From Mariniblastus sp. (GTDB taxonomy: Bacteria; Planctomycetota; Planctomycetia; Pirellulales; Pirellulaceae), in the NCBI GenBank assembly GCA_023300235.1, contig JALZWN010000034.1, positions 33,514 through 97,513 on the forward strand: a DNA stretch of 64,000 nucleotides, in the 5' to 3' direction. The translations under genes and the position numbers were made by a program. The notes beneath the pieces are model-generated. The model worked only from the letters and a program-made list of their open reading frames with translations. It was not told where the DNA came from and ran no database searches. The first letter of the stretch is position 1. Every line of letters begins with the position of its first letter. Of the stretch, positions 46,295 to 55,490 are shown one piece after another.

Positions 46295-48358
46295 TTAGAC
46301 CTCCACTTGATCAGCGGACTCACCCACGATCATCTCAAATTGATCCGGGTGCAACCAAGGCGAAGCCAACTGAACCGACACCGACACGACGACCGCAAAG
46401 GTACACATCACCGTCAGAGGCAAATTCAACAAATGACTCCCCACAATCCCCACCATAAAACTCATGATCACATTCATCACACTCATCCGCGTGCGACGCA
46501 ACGGGTCGGTATGTCGCCCCAACCGGATCAGCGCAAACAACGCGGCAAAGCAAATCGCAAACGCCGGCAACTTCCCAACATAACGACAAACCAACGCCTC
46601 GGTTTGTTTCACTGCAAAGTCCGCTACCGTAATCCGAGCCAAATCGATCTCGAACACGCTGGCGGAATAAAAAGCAAACGCCCCCACCGCCGCACCAGCA
46701 AACGCCAGCGCCGCCGACCGAGCCAAAAACTCGGGTTGCTTCCAAGTCCATTGCTTGGTCATCCCCAGCGTCACCCAAACCGCCAGCACGCTCAGCATCG
46801 TTTGCCAAGTAAAAATCGACCATCCCATCAACGAACCGAACCCGCCCTTGGCCAAACCAGATTCTGCCTTCACACCAACCGCCAACACAAAGAAACCAAT
46901 CACGATCGGACTCAACGCCCCCACCAAAAGCGAACCCGTCAGCTCTGCCAGCTGGTCCGTTACCGGCCGATTAACCAACCGCAACCGAACCGCCTCTCGC
47001 TCCGAACGCTTTTTCGGTTTGACCGCCGACGGAACATTCCCAACCGACGGCGAGAGCACATATCGACGAGCCGCATAGTACAACAAATAAACCGTCGCCA
47101 AAGCCACCGAAACCGCCAACAACCAAGTCGAATTCTGGATCACGACGACCCCAGCAACCACGATTGCCACCAAGCGAGCTGGCGTCGAAACATTCGCTTC
47201 GTTCCACCACCGATTCAAATCCGTCAAACCCGACCGCACCGCAACAGCCATCGGCTCATCGACATGGCCACCAACCCCAGCCACATCAGTCGCCGCCACG
47301 CTACTGAACGCTAAACTAGCGACCGACTGCCCGGACGAATCGGCGGCCGCTTGCTGCCCAGCCCCAAAACCACCTTGCATAATCGCTGGCGGCAACTGAG
47401 CCTTCAGACTCACAGGCGGCTCCACCGAATCACTTACACCGGCATCCTGCACAGCAAGACCGGCCTGATAACCGGCCGTTGACTTAGGTTTGTTCCCAAG
47501 CCCCGTCGGAAAATTCATTTCCCCAACCACATGGCGATCAACGATCTGATTGGCACTGGCCGCAATCTCTGGCCACGGCAAATCCCGAGCCATCTCCGCG
47601 ATGCTCGAATATCTTTTTTGAGGATCCTTCCGCAGCGACTTCCCGACCACGCGGTGATACTCCTGCGGCAACACACTCAAATCCGCATCCATCGTTAAGT
47701 GCTTCATGATGATCTCTTGAGTGCTCTCGCCCTCAAACGGCACCACCCCCGTCAGCATCTCGTACAAGATCACGCCGACCGCGTAGATGTCAATCTCCTT
47801 GCCGTATTCGCCCTTGCCGATCTCGGGGGCCATATAATGAAACGTCCCCACGGCTTCGGTTTGCCCAGAACGATTATTGCACGAGATGAATTTCGACAAA
47901 CCATAATCGCCGATCTTAATCACCCGCGCGTCTTCATCACAAAACACGTTCCCCGGCTTCAAATCCCGATGCACAATCCCGTGTTCGTGCAAATAAGCCA
48001 CCCCCGACGCCGTCGACACAAACCAGCGTTTAACTTCTTCCAGCGGCATCCCCCGCGGATTGGCCTCGACCACGTCCCGCAAGTTCGGACCAGGTACATA
48101 CTCCATCACCACCCAACTCTCACCAAACTCATTCGTTTGAATGTCCCACAGCGAAATCAAGTTCACGTGCTTCAAGTTCAAACAATACCCAACCCCGCGC
48201 AACTCGACGTCCAAGTTCCGTTGAATCTTTTTCAACGCAACTTCTTTGCCCGCGTCGTTCAAAGCAAAGTAAACCTCCCCAAATCCGCCGATACCGATCC
48301 CGCGTTTGATCGTGTAGCCGTTCAAAGGCCGAGAGCCGCTAGAGTAAGAGAATCGCAT
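46295..48358 (-). CDS. Ser/Thr protein kinase with large polytopic C-terminal membrane domain
   Basis: 'GIGGFGEVYFA', 'VALKK', 'HRDLKPGNVF', 'DYGLSK', 'APE', then at least 8 hydrophobic helices. I chose the start 'MRFSYSS' at 48358; the ORF is open to 48433. Confidence 0.85.
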   Translation of the reverse strand: MRFSYSSGSRPLNGYTIKRGIGIGGFGEVYFALNDAGKEVALKKIQRNLDVELRGVGYCLNLKHVNLISLWDIQTNEFGESWVVMEYVPGPNLRDVVEANPRGMPLEEVKRWFVSTASGVAYLHEHGIVHRDLKPGNVFCDEDARVIKIGDYGLSKFISCNNRSGQTEAVGTFHYMAPEIGKGEYGKEIDIYAVGVILYEMLTGVVPFEGESTQEIIMKHLTMDADLSVLPQEYHRVVGKSLRKDPQKRYSSIAEMARDLPWPEIAASANQIVDRHVVGEMNFPTGLGNKPKSTAGYQAGLAVQDAGVSDSVEPPVSLKAQLPPAIMQGGFGAGQQAAADSSGQSVASLAFSSVAATDVAGVGGHVDEPMAVAVRSGLTDLNRWWNEANVSTPARLVAIVVAGVVVIQNSTWLLAVSVALATVYLLYYAARRYVLSPSVGNVPSAVKPKKRSEREAVRLRLVNRPVTDQLAELTGSLLVGALSPIVIGFFVLAVGVKAESGLAKGGFGSLMGWSIFTWQTMLSVLAVWVTLGMTKQWTWKQPEFLARSAALAFAGAAVGAFAFYSASVFEIDLARITVADFAVKQTEALVCRYVGKLPAFAICFAALFALIRLGRHTDPLRRTRMSVMNVIMSFMVGIVGSHLLNLPLTVMCTFAVVVSVSVQLASPWLHPDQFEMIVGESADQVEV

Positions 48359-48544
48359 TGAGGGTGGTTGGTTTTCGCTGCGAGATAAAAAGTAGAGCAG
48401 GGCGGTTGGCTGGCATTCCACCAGCAAGTGCAACTAGTAAGGCAGAACCCCATTAGTACAGATTATTGAAGACACTTCTACGTGTCTAGTCTTGGTTGGC
48501 AGGCTGGAATCACTTTTACAAACTAGGAAGTCCCTATAAATGGT

Positions 48545-48597
48545 AGCCCGACGCGTTGGCGAGGATTTCCACCGGTTCCACGTTAACGCGTCGGGCT
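48545..48597. other. 13-bp perfect-stem hairpin between the FHA gene and the kinase gene; left arm resembles the REP-like family
   Basis: AGCCCGACGCGTT (48545-48557) pairs with AACGCGTCGGGCT (48585-48597). Confidence 0.6.
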
Positions 48598-48669
48598 GCC
48601 AGTTCCCCAGATTCAAGAACCGATTCACCCTGGCTTGGTTGGCCGAAATCATTTCGTCTTGCAATCGTT

Positions 48670-50181
48670 TTAGCATTCCAACAGCACCGGCTCTAGCTTC
48701 AACGAAAAACTATCGCCATGCAACCGACTATCAAATCGAATTTCAGCTTCGTTTCCCATCGCCTGTTCATCGACACAAAACCCTATTTTAGATTTTGCAA
48801 ACCACTGATCATTTCGTCGGAACAAAATCAAATCCGATTTCCAACCGGGACAGAACACATGATTATTTGGGTTAGGGCCAAGGATCACCGACTGTCCCGC
48901 CAAAATAACTCCATCCGACCAAGGCAACGTCCGATGCCGCGAAACAAAATCCAACCTCGCCGACTTGCTCAGCGGATGCTCTTGCCGATACGACAACTCG
49001 ACTCGGTCGCCAAGTAAAATCAACTGACCTGATTTGATTGCGATGCTTTCGTCCATCGGCACCTGACGTCCTGCAATCGCCACCGGCCCCAGCGGCTGAA
49101 TCAAATGCTGGCCAGAAATCGTTTCAATCCTCGCATGACGCTGCCGCACATCCGCTTGCAACGGAATCGAAACCGTGGCACCTGCTACCGCTTGGCCAAT
49201 GAAGTTGATCGGCTTGGTACAAACCAAATAGCCTCCCACGCCATCAACCCAAATCAAAAACGAACTGGCCAGTGGCACTGAACTAAAATCCTGATCGACG
49301 GTTGAATCCGCACCAGCTGCATCCGTCGCGCGACCGGTCGACGCATCCGACTGAGCAACGGCCGTGCCTTTGACATCGCCGCTGCCGGCCACCCCACCGC
49401 CACCGATATCGGTCGATCGCCGCTTGACCACCAAATCGCCATCGTTTGACTCGGGAACGTTAGTCAACCGCGAACCAACCGATGTCCGACGTTTGATTCG
49501 CTGCATCGCGTGCCGTTTCGCCCCCAACGCAATCTCGTGTTGCGGCGCAAGCTCAAGAATCTGGTCGCACAGCTGACAGACATCGTTCCACTTGCATGCC
49601 AGCGCCGCAGCCTGCAACGCTTTGGCCAACGAACCCAACGTTTGCTTTCGCTCTTGTTGCTCAGCCAACCGCTCGCTCAAGCCAAGCAATTCGGGATACA
49701 AACGCTCAGCCGTTTGCAAACGCTCAATCGCCTCGTCCAGCTTACCAACGACCACTAACCCATCAACTGATTTCAATAGATCGGCAACCGAGCCAATTCG
49801 TTCACTTTTTTGATTCGATAAATCTCGATCGGCCAACAGCTGCACCCAACCAGCCGCTTGCCGCAACTGCCCAGCATGCAAAACCGCATCTGCACTGCTG
49901 ATGGTTTGATTTTGCAATTGCAAAGTCGTTTGCGAAACCAAAGTTTGCTGCCGTGGATCAGCAAAGCTGACCGCCTGCGAAAGCGCCTGCCAAGCGGCCG
50001 AGTAATCTTGGGTTTCCGCGGCAGCGTTTGCTCGCTCGATCAACGCTTCCGTCAACTGCCTACGATGGTTCCTCGCGGCCTTGCTCTCACCCAAACGACG
50101 CGTAAGCTCCATCGCTCGGTCAAGCTGACCAGCGTTGATCGCGTCATCAATTTCATTTTTACGGCGAAACCAAGCCATCAT
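48670..50181 (-). CDS. Hypothetical protein with helical-repeat N-terminal half and FHA-like C-terminal region
   Basis: N-terminal TPR-like helices. The C-terminal blocks 'FLIWVDGVGGYLVC...FIGQA', 'RQRHARIETISGQHLIQPLG' and 'VILGPNPNNHVFCPGW' resemble FHA beta-sandwiches. The assignment is tentative. Confidence 0.55.
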   Translation of the reverse strand: MMAWFRRKNEIDDAINAGQLDRAMELTRRLGESKAARNHRRQLTEALIERANAAAETQDYSAAWQALSQAVSFADPRQQTLVSQTTLQLQNQTISSADAVLHAGQLRQAAGWVQLLADRDLSNQKSERIGSVADLLKSVDGLVVVGKLDEAIERLQTAERLYPELLGLSERLAEQQERKQTLGSLAKALQAAALACKWNDVCQLCDQILELAPQHEIALGAKRHAMQRIKRRTSVGSRLTNVPESNDGDLVVKRRSTDIGGGGVAGSGDVKGTAVAQSDASTGRATDAAGADSTVDQDFSSVPLASSFLIWVDGVGGYLVCTKPINFIGQAVAGATVSIPLQADVRQRHARIETISGQHLIQPLGPVAIAGRQVPMDESIAIKSGQLILLGDRVELSYRQEHPLSKSARLDFVSRHRTLPWSDGVILAGQSVILGPNPNNHVFCPGWKSDLILFRRNDQWFAKSKIGFCVDEQAMGNEAEIRFDSRLHGDSFSLKLEPVLLEC

Positions 50182-50576
50182 CGAATTCCGATTGCTACTC
50201 TTTTAAAGACCCCTACAGCATACGTCATAAACACCTATAAAACGACTCTTATAAATTTCAGCCGAAGATCGCCTTGCACTGACAGATTGTGAACTTCTGA
50301 GCCGCTTAGACGACTAGGGTTTATTGACTTAGCCAAGGCTGAAAAATCATTTCAAACCAACCGAAAATCCTAACCGCCAAATAAAAAACCGCTTCTGAAC
50401 GCTAACTCACGCCAATGCTTTTTAAGCATCAGTTCGCAACCATCAGCGGCCATTGGCGGTCACCCCCAATTCACCCCAAGTGCACCTTCGGCCTCCGCCG
50501 TTAAAAAATCCTCAACGGCCAGCGAGGAGGACTGCTCGCCATTGAGTCCAAACGGTCGTGGAAACCTTAACCTGGT

Positions 50577-51410
50577 TTAGATCCCAACCAAATCAGCAGC
50601 CGCATCACTGATTTCGACTTCGTTTGCTTTTGAGCCCTCACCAAAGTACTCATCCATTTCCTTCAGCACATCCGTCGTTGGCAAAACCGAATCGGCACTC
50701 ACAGGAATCTGGCCGCGAAAACCAGGCATGATATTCAAATACTCTTCGTCAGCCGAGATCGTGGCATCCAAGTCGGACAACATCTCCCGAGCCTTCGCCA
50801 GCTGACGGGTGTCAACATCCAACTCGCTCGCCATCGCGATCACTTCGTTCATGCGATTTCTCGCCGACAAGTTTTCGATTTGAACTTCCAACTCCTGCCT
50901 CTGCACCTTCGCTTGCTCCAACATCACCAACGCATTGCCAAGCGACTTTTCACGAATGGTGATGATCTCTTGTTTCTTCTCAAACGTCGCCTCAGCCGTT
51001 TTGTAAATACTGAATCGATGCTGCAAGTCTTCCTCAACTCGCTTATTGTCGAATTTCTTGTTGTTCACAGCCACGTAGAACTCGTCGCCGGAGACAAGAT
51101 GATTTCGTAACGCCAGCATTTCTTTTTTGCTAAAGTCCAACATCTGCCGATGCTGTTTAAGGTCCACCAACAGCTTGTTAATTTGAACCTTCTCTTTGGC
51201 CACTTCGTGCACCATGCTCTTGATCTCTGGACCGATCGCTTGCAGCTGTTGCCGAGCCGCGTCCAGCTGAAACGAAACTGGCACTGAATCGTTCGCCACA
51301 TCACGGAACTTACTGTAAGCCGTCTGGGAGTAGGGGATCAATTTTCCGCCGAAAGCCAAGCCTGCCAACAAGGCGACCGCGACGACCCCAAGGGTGATTT
51401 TCTTTAACAT
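50577..51410 (-). CDS. Membrane-anchored coiled-coil protein, function unknown
   Basis: I chose the start 'MLKKITLGVVAVALLAGLAFGG' (AGGA Shine-Dalgarno sequence upstream), followed by about 230 aa of heptad-rich sequence. The ORF is open to 51701. Confidence 0.6.
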   Translation of the reverse strand: MLKKITLGVVAVALLAGLAFGGKLIPYSQTAYSKFRDVANDSVPVSFQLDAARQQLQAIGPEIKSMVHEVAKEKVQINKLLVDLKQHRQMLDFSKKEMLALRNHLVSGDEFYVAVNNKKFDNKRVEEDLQHRFSIYKTAEATFEKKQEIITIREKSLGNALVMLEQAKVQRQELEVQIENLSARNRMNEVIAMASELDVDTRQLAKAREMLSDLDATISADEEYLNIMPGFRGQIPVSADSVLPTTDVLKEMDEYFGEGSKANEVEISDAAADLVGI

Positions 51411-51792
51411 CGTTTTTTCCTGTTCGTTTTGACCGAAACAGCCTGTGAAATAGTTTCTGGGCACACCACGCAAACCAATCGGCTCACGCTTCTTGCCTGC
51501 CCTTAAGTGGTCTTCGCCCGTTGCCAAAGAATCTTTGGAAAAAAGACAAACCTTTTTGCCAGTAACCACACCCAACACTTTTCCGCTTCGCAAACCATCC
51601 AAGCTCACTCCACGCATCAGTTCAACTACTTCTGCTGGCATTTGCCCCCCCATCGGTGGTTCCCCCACCCTAAATACAGCTCGCACACGAGCCAAAAACA
51701 AATTTACAAATCAGGTTGGTTGCAACGTTTGCTGCCTTTAATTACCTTAACCGCGTAATAGGAAACGGAGTCGAACACGGAGATTCGAAGCA

Positions 51793-52479
51793 ATGTGGAA
51801 TACATCTTATGGCGACCGGGTGCTCACCCCTGCTGAAGCCGCGCTGTTCGTGGAAGCTTCCGCCTACATGCGAGACATGATCACGGCAGCGGTCGAAATG
51901 AACGAACCGCACGGGGTCGGAGTAGCAGCATTTGACCGCCTGCAACCGACTCAGCAGCTAGCCGCATTACACATCGTCAACATGGCGTTGATCAAACCCG
52001 AGATCGAACCGCCGCCGCTATCTGCTACGCTCGAAGGCACCGTCTACGCGGTCTTCAAAGATCTCCAGAGCCTGATCGCACTAGAAGTCGACTACGAATT
52101 CGACCTCGAGATCTCTTACCATCTTCGCAACGCCATCCTTGCGGCTCGCAAAGCGAAAATCGTAACCGAGACCGATTGGCACGAACCGTCCGAAGAAGAA
52201 CTAAACGAACTACCCGATCGCGACTGTACCGACATCGATCGCTGGGCATTCGAAATCGAAATCTTGGCCGATCAAATTTTATGGGACCGCGACTTTGAAC
52301 TCGAAGGCCTGATCGCCGACCAAGACCCTTCCAAGGTTGCGGACATCAAAGAGTACCTTGGCATCGGCCACGATTACTTCGCCACCGCCGCCCCCGACGC
52401 GAATTCAAAAGAGTACCTGCGACTGGACCGAGAACTGGCCGAACTCGTAAAGAAAACCAACCCATCGGCTTATCGATAA
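51793..52479 (+). CDS. Hypothetical acidic cytoplasmic protein
   Basis: 228-aa ORF with coding-like composition and no recognised motif. Confidence 0.5.
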   Translation: MWNTSYGDRVLTPAEAALFVEASAYMRDMITAAVEMNEPHGVGVAAFDRLQPTQQLAALHIVNMALIKPEIEPPPLSATLEGTVYAVFKDLQSLIALEVDYEFDLEISYHLRNAILAARKAKIVTETDWHEPSEEELNELPDRDCTDIDRWAFEIEILADQILWDRDFELEGLIADQDPSKVADIKEYLGIGHDYFATAAPDANSKEYLRLDRELAELVKKTNPSAYR

Positions 52480-52501
52480 TAGTCGCCAAGCTCGCAGCGA
52501 C

Positions 52502-53458
52502 TCAACTCACCACATTCTGCGGTTGGCCTTGCAAGAACGCTTCGACATTCTCCGCCGTCGTATGCATCAACCGCTGTCTCGCCTCAAACGTCGCCCAAGC
52601 GATGTGCGGCGTCAACAGACAATTCTTAGCCGCCAGCAACGGGCTGTCCGTACCAATCGGTTCGGTACTACACACATCCAACAAAGCACCCGCGATCCCG
52701 CCATCGTTTAACGCCGCCGCCAACGCCTGTTCGTCGACCAAACCGCCACGCGCCGTATTAATCAACATCGACGTTGGCTTCATTCGCGACAACAACTGCC
52801 CATCAATAAAGCCCTTGTTCTCTTCAGTTTGCGGACAGTGAATGCTCACCACATCCGCTCGCTCAAATAACTGCTCGACCGACAACCACTCAAACCCCTC
52901 ACCGGTCAACGGATTAATTTGCCGACGACTGCTGGCCACCACACGCATCCCGAATGCGGACGCGATCGCCGCCGTCGCTCGCCCCGTGCGACCAAGACCG
53001 ACAATTCCGATAGTTTTGCCAGCCAGCTCTTGAATCGGTGCCAGCGTGAACGAAAAATCACCGACCGCTTGCCACTGCCCATCGACGATCGCCTGATGAT
53101 GATCCGCCGGTCGGTGCAAAAACGAAAGCAACATCGCAAACACATGCTGAGCCACCGAGAGCGTGCTGTACTCGGGGACGTTTGAAACCACGATGCCCCG
53201 TTCTGCGGCGGCAGCAACATCAACCACGTTGTACCCCGTCGCCGTCACCGCAATGAATTTCAAATCCGGTAACTGATCGAGCGTCGCTGCAGTAAACGGA
53301 ACTTTATTCGTCAACACAATCGACGCATCGCCACAACGTGACACAATTTCGTCGCTGGCCGTGCGATCATAAACTTCCAAGCCCCCAAAGCGTTCTAATG
53401 GCGCCCACGGATTGTCACCTGGGTTCAGCGTTTTGCCGTCCAATACAACCAGTTTCAT
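52502..53458 (-). CDS. D-isomer-specific 2-hydroxyacid dehydrogenase (glycerate/hydroxypyruvate reductase-like)
   Basis: 'GIVGLGRTGRATA' NAD-binding motif, 'NTARGGLVDEQAL', 'LDVCSTEP', 'TPHIAWAT'. Confidence 0.9.
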   Translation of the reverse strand: MKLVVLDGKTLNPGDNPWAPLERFGGLEVYDRTASDEIVSRCGDASIVLTNKVPFTAATLDQLPDLKFIAVTATGYNVVDVAAAAERGIVVSNVPEYSTLSVAQHVFAMLLSFLHRPADHHQAIVDGQWQAVGDFSFTLAPIQELAGKTIGIVGLGRTGRATAAIASAFGMRVVASSRRQINPLTGEGFEWLSVEQLFERADVVSIHCPQTEENKGFIDGQLLSRMKPTSMLINTARGGLVDEQALAAALNDGGIAGALLDVCSTEPIGTDSPLLAAKNCLLTPHIAWATFEARQRLMHTTAENVEAFLQGQPQNVVS

Positions 53459-53649
53459 TTACCACTCCAAGTTAAAAACGCAAGGTAAATCAGAAACACC
53501 AGCCAAACACTAAACAACGCCACCACCACGCCAAAACGTTTTGTGGCAGGCGCGACCGGTTTCAACGGACGGCCGTTCGTTGACAATTCCGGTTCTTTGC
53601 CAGGTTCGGCATCAGCAGCAGGCCGAGACGGCGGTGGTTTGCGGGGCAT
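53455..53649 (-). CDS. Small P-rich protein with one C-terminal TM helix (tentative)
   Basis: The stop overlaps the dehydrogenase start by 4 nt (ATGA coupling). 'FGVVVALFSVWLVFLIYLAFL'. Confidence 0.4.
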   Translation of the reverse strand: MPRKPPPSRPAADAEPGKEPELSTNGRPLKPVAPATKRFGVVVALFSVWLVFLIYLAFLTWSGK

Positions 53650-53732
53650 TCTAAATCAATTACTAAGCGATAAAACAACGCCGACATGTCCAATGATAGT
53701 TCGCGATCGAACGAGAAGTCCACAAGCGCGAA

Positions 53733-54158
53733 CTACAGGTTCGCGGCGGAAGCATTGATTTCGAGATCTGTCTCAAAAACGTCATCGAAGTCATAAACGT
53801 TGTTGAAATGTTCGCGACGATCATCCGCTGACTTCTTCATCATCTCGGCGTCGATCATGTTGTAAACCAGATCACCGAAACAGCTCGTCGAATCGATGTT
53901 CCAGTTACGCAAAACAACCTTGGCCAAATAGCCAAACTGATTGACGGCGTACTGCCGGATGGCTTCGCACAACTGCTGGCCAGTGAAGTGCCGTTCGACT
54001 ACTGGGCCGTCATCTTCAGAAAAACGCTCGAACTCTTGCAGTTGCAGTTCCATGTTGTCAGACGCGTAAGTCAACGCTTCGCGGACAAACTGATAAGCAT
54101 CCACGGGATATCGTGAGTCGTTTTCGATAATCTCGAACATCGCAATCTCATCGTGCAT
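53733..54158 (-). CDS. Hypothetical cytoplasmic protein (141 aa)
   Basis: Sits between PSP1 and the small ORF on the same strand. Coding-like composition ('YPVDAYQFVREALTYA'). No family assigned with confidence. Confidence 0.6.
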   Translation of the reverse strand: MHDEIAMFEIIENDSRYPVDAYQFVREALTYASDNMELQLQEFERFSEDDGPVVERHFTGQQLCEAIRQYAVNQFGYLAKVVLRNWNIDSTSCFGDLVYNMIDAEMMKKSADDRREHFNNVYDFDDVFETDLEINASAANL

Positions 54159-54328
54159 GTGCTTACTCTATCTCAAAATTCTCCACCGCTCGCAATGCAT
54201 GCGATTGGCGCTTTTTTTTAAAATTGGAGGCGACGCAAACTCGCGTCTGTTAAAGACGTTAGTAACTGCGTTTCTTCATTCTAGCCTCTAACCGTTTTAG
54301 TCCAATCTCAAATTGAGCCCAAGCCCGG

Positions 54329-55312
54329 TTATTCTGATTTTCGCGGCTTCCGATTTCGCTTACCCTGCTTGCTTACTTGCTTCTTACGGCCCGCTTTCGC
54401 GGCTTTTTGAGGGTCTGGCTTGCTATCAGCAACCACTGCCCCCTTATCTTTTTGAGCTGGCTTTGCTGACGAAGATGATTTTTTTCTTTTCCCACCTCCA
54501 GCTTGACTCTTAATTACCGAGAGCACTTCGCTGGCATCAATCACCATCCGACGATGGTCTTCCATCTCGATCAATAACTGCTCGGCAATGATCTGTTGAT
54601 TCAACACCTTGGCTCGACCATTAGCCGTAACAATGTGAGCTCCCACACGCGGCAGCTGTTTATGAATTTCCTCATACGTATCAAATTCGTATCGCAAACA
54701 ACACTTCAGGCGACCACAACGTCCCGAAATTTTGGTCGGATCCAAAGTCGCTTTTTGCAGCTTGGCCATCTTCATCGAAACCGGCGGCATCGTCACCAAG
54801 TGGTTATTACAACAGACCGGTTTCCCGCAATCCCCGTAGTCCGCCAGCAATTTGGCTTCGTCACGAACACCAACCTGACGCATCTCGATTCGCGTCTTAA
54901 ACTCACTCGCCAAAACCTTGACCAACTGCCGAAAATCCACTCGATCGTCAGCAATATAAAACACCACAATCCGCTCGCCGCCCAACAACGTTTCGACGTC
55001 GATTAACTTCATGTCTAGTTCGAGCTTCGAGATCTCACGTTTGCAGATTTCAATCTTGCTAAAACGATCACCATCAATCGAATTAATGTTGCTGACATCT
55101 TCGCCCGAAACCACCCGCACGATCGAGCCCGTGGGCGGCTGATCCAAATGCGTCAACGCGTCGTCGGTCGCCTCACACAACACCTGACCGACCTCGACCC
55201 CGCGATCCGACCGAACGACCACTTCATTGCCACGCCGATACTGATCTTCATTGCGCGAAGTCATCACTCCAATGCTTCGCATCAATCCATATCGAACAAT
55301 ATATTTCGGCAA
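54329..55312 (-). CDS. PSP1 domain protein (YaaT/RicT-like) with K-rich tail
   Basis: Cys cluster 'CGKPVCCNNHL...SGRCGRLKCCLRYE', typical of the PSP1 C-terminal domain. Confidence 0.85.
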   Translation of the reverse strand: MPKYIVRYGLMRSIGVMTSRNEDQYRRGNEVVVRSDRGVEVGQVLCEATDDALTHLDQPPTGSIVRVVSGEDVSNINSIDGDRFSKIEICKREISKLELDMKLIDVETLLGGERIVVFYIADDRVDFRQLVKVLASEFKTRIEMRQVGVRDEAKLLADYGDCGKPVCCNNHLVTMPPVSMKMAKLQKATLDPTKISGRCGRLKCCLRYEFDTYEEIHKQLPRVGAHIVTANGRAKVLNQQIIAEQLLIEMEDHRRMVIDASEVLSVIKSQAGGGKRKKSSSSAKPAQKDKGAVVADSKPDPQKAAKAGRKKQVSKQGKRNRKPRKSE

Positions 55313-55490
55313 CGTTCTTCTCCGTGACTTTTGCTAAGCGGTCCAGACTTCCTAGTGTAGCTTGATTCGTCAAATTTCTCGCGGGTTTGATTTCAGATTT
55401 ATCAAAGTTAACCTACCTCAAAACCCCGATTCGGCAAAACAAAAGCTCCCCCTCCAGCGAGCCCGACTTTGACATCGACTAGATTTTTAC

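Noticed and set aside
46307-47314. 335-aa plus-strand ORF antisense to the kinase gene. A similar 220-aa ORF lies at 47699-48361.
   Set aside because: The composition is dominated by R/H/P/Q/T/N runs with no motifs. Both ORFs lie entirely inside a well-supported minus-strand kinase gene and are typical shadow ORFs of a stop-poor antisense frame.
51411-51701. 97-codon N-terminal extension of the coiled-coil protein ORF. Similar extensions lie at 48359-48433, 44239-44301, 45454-45597, 33850-33951 and 19198-19245.
   Set aside because: The internal starts give family-typical or signal-peptide N-termini and have Shine-Dalgarno-like sequences. The extensions have non-coding-like composition.
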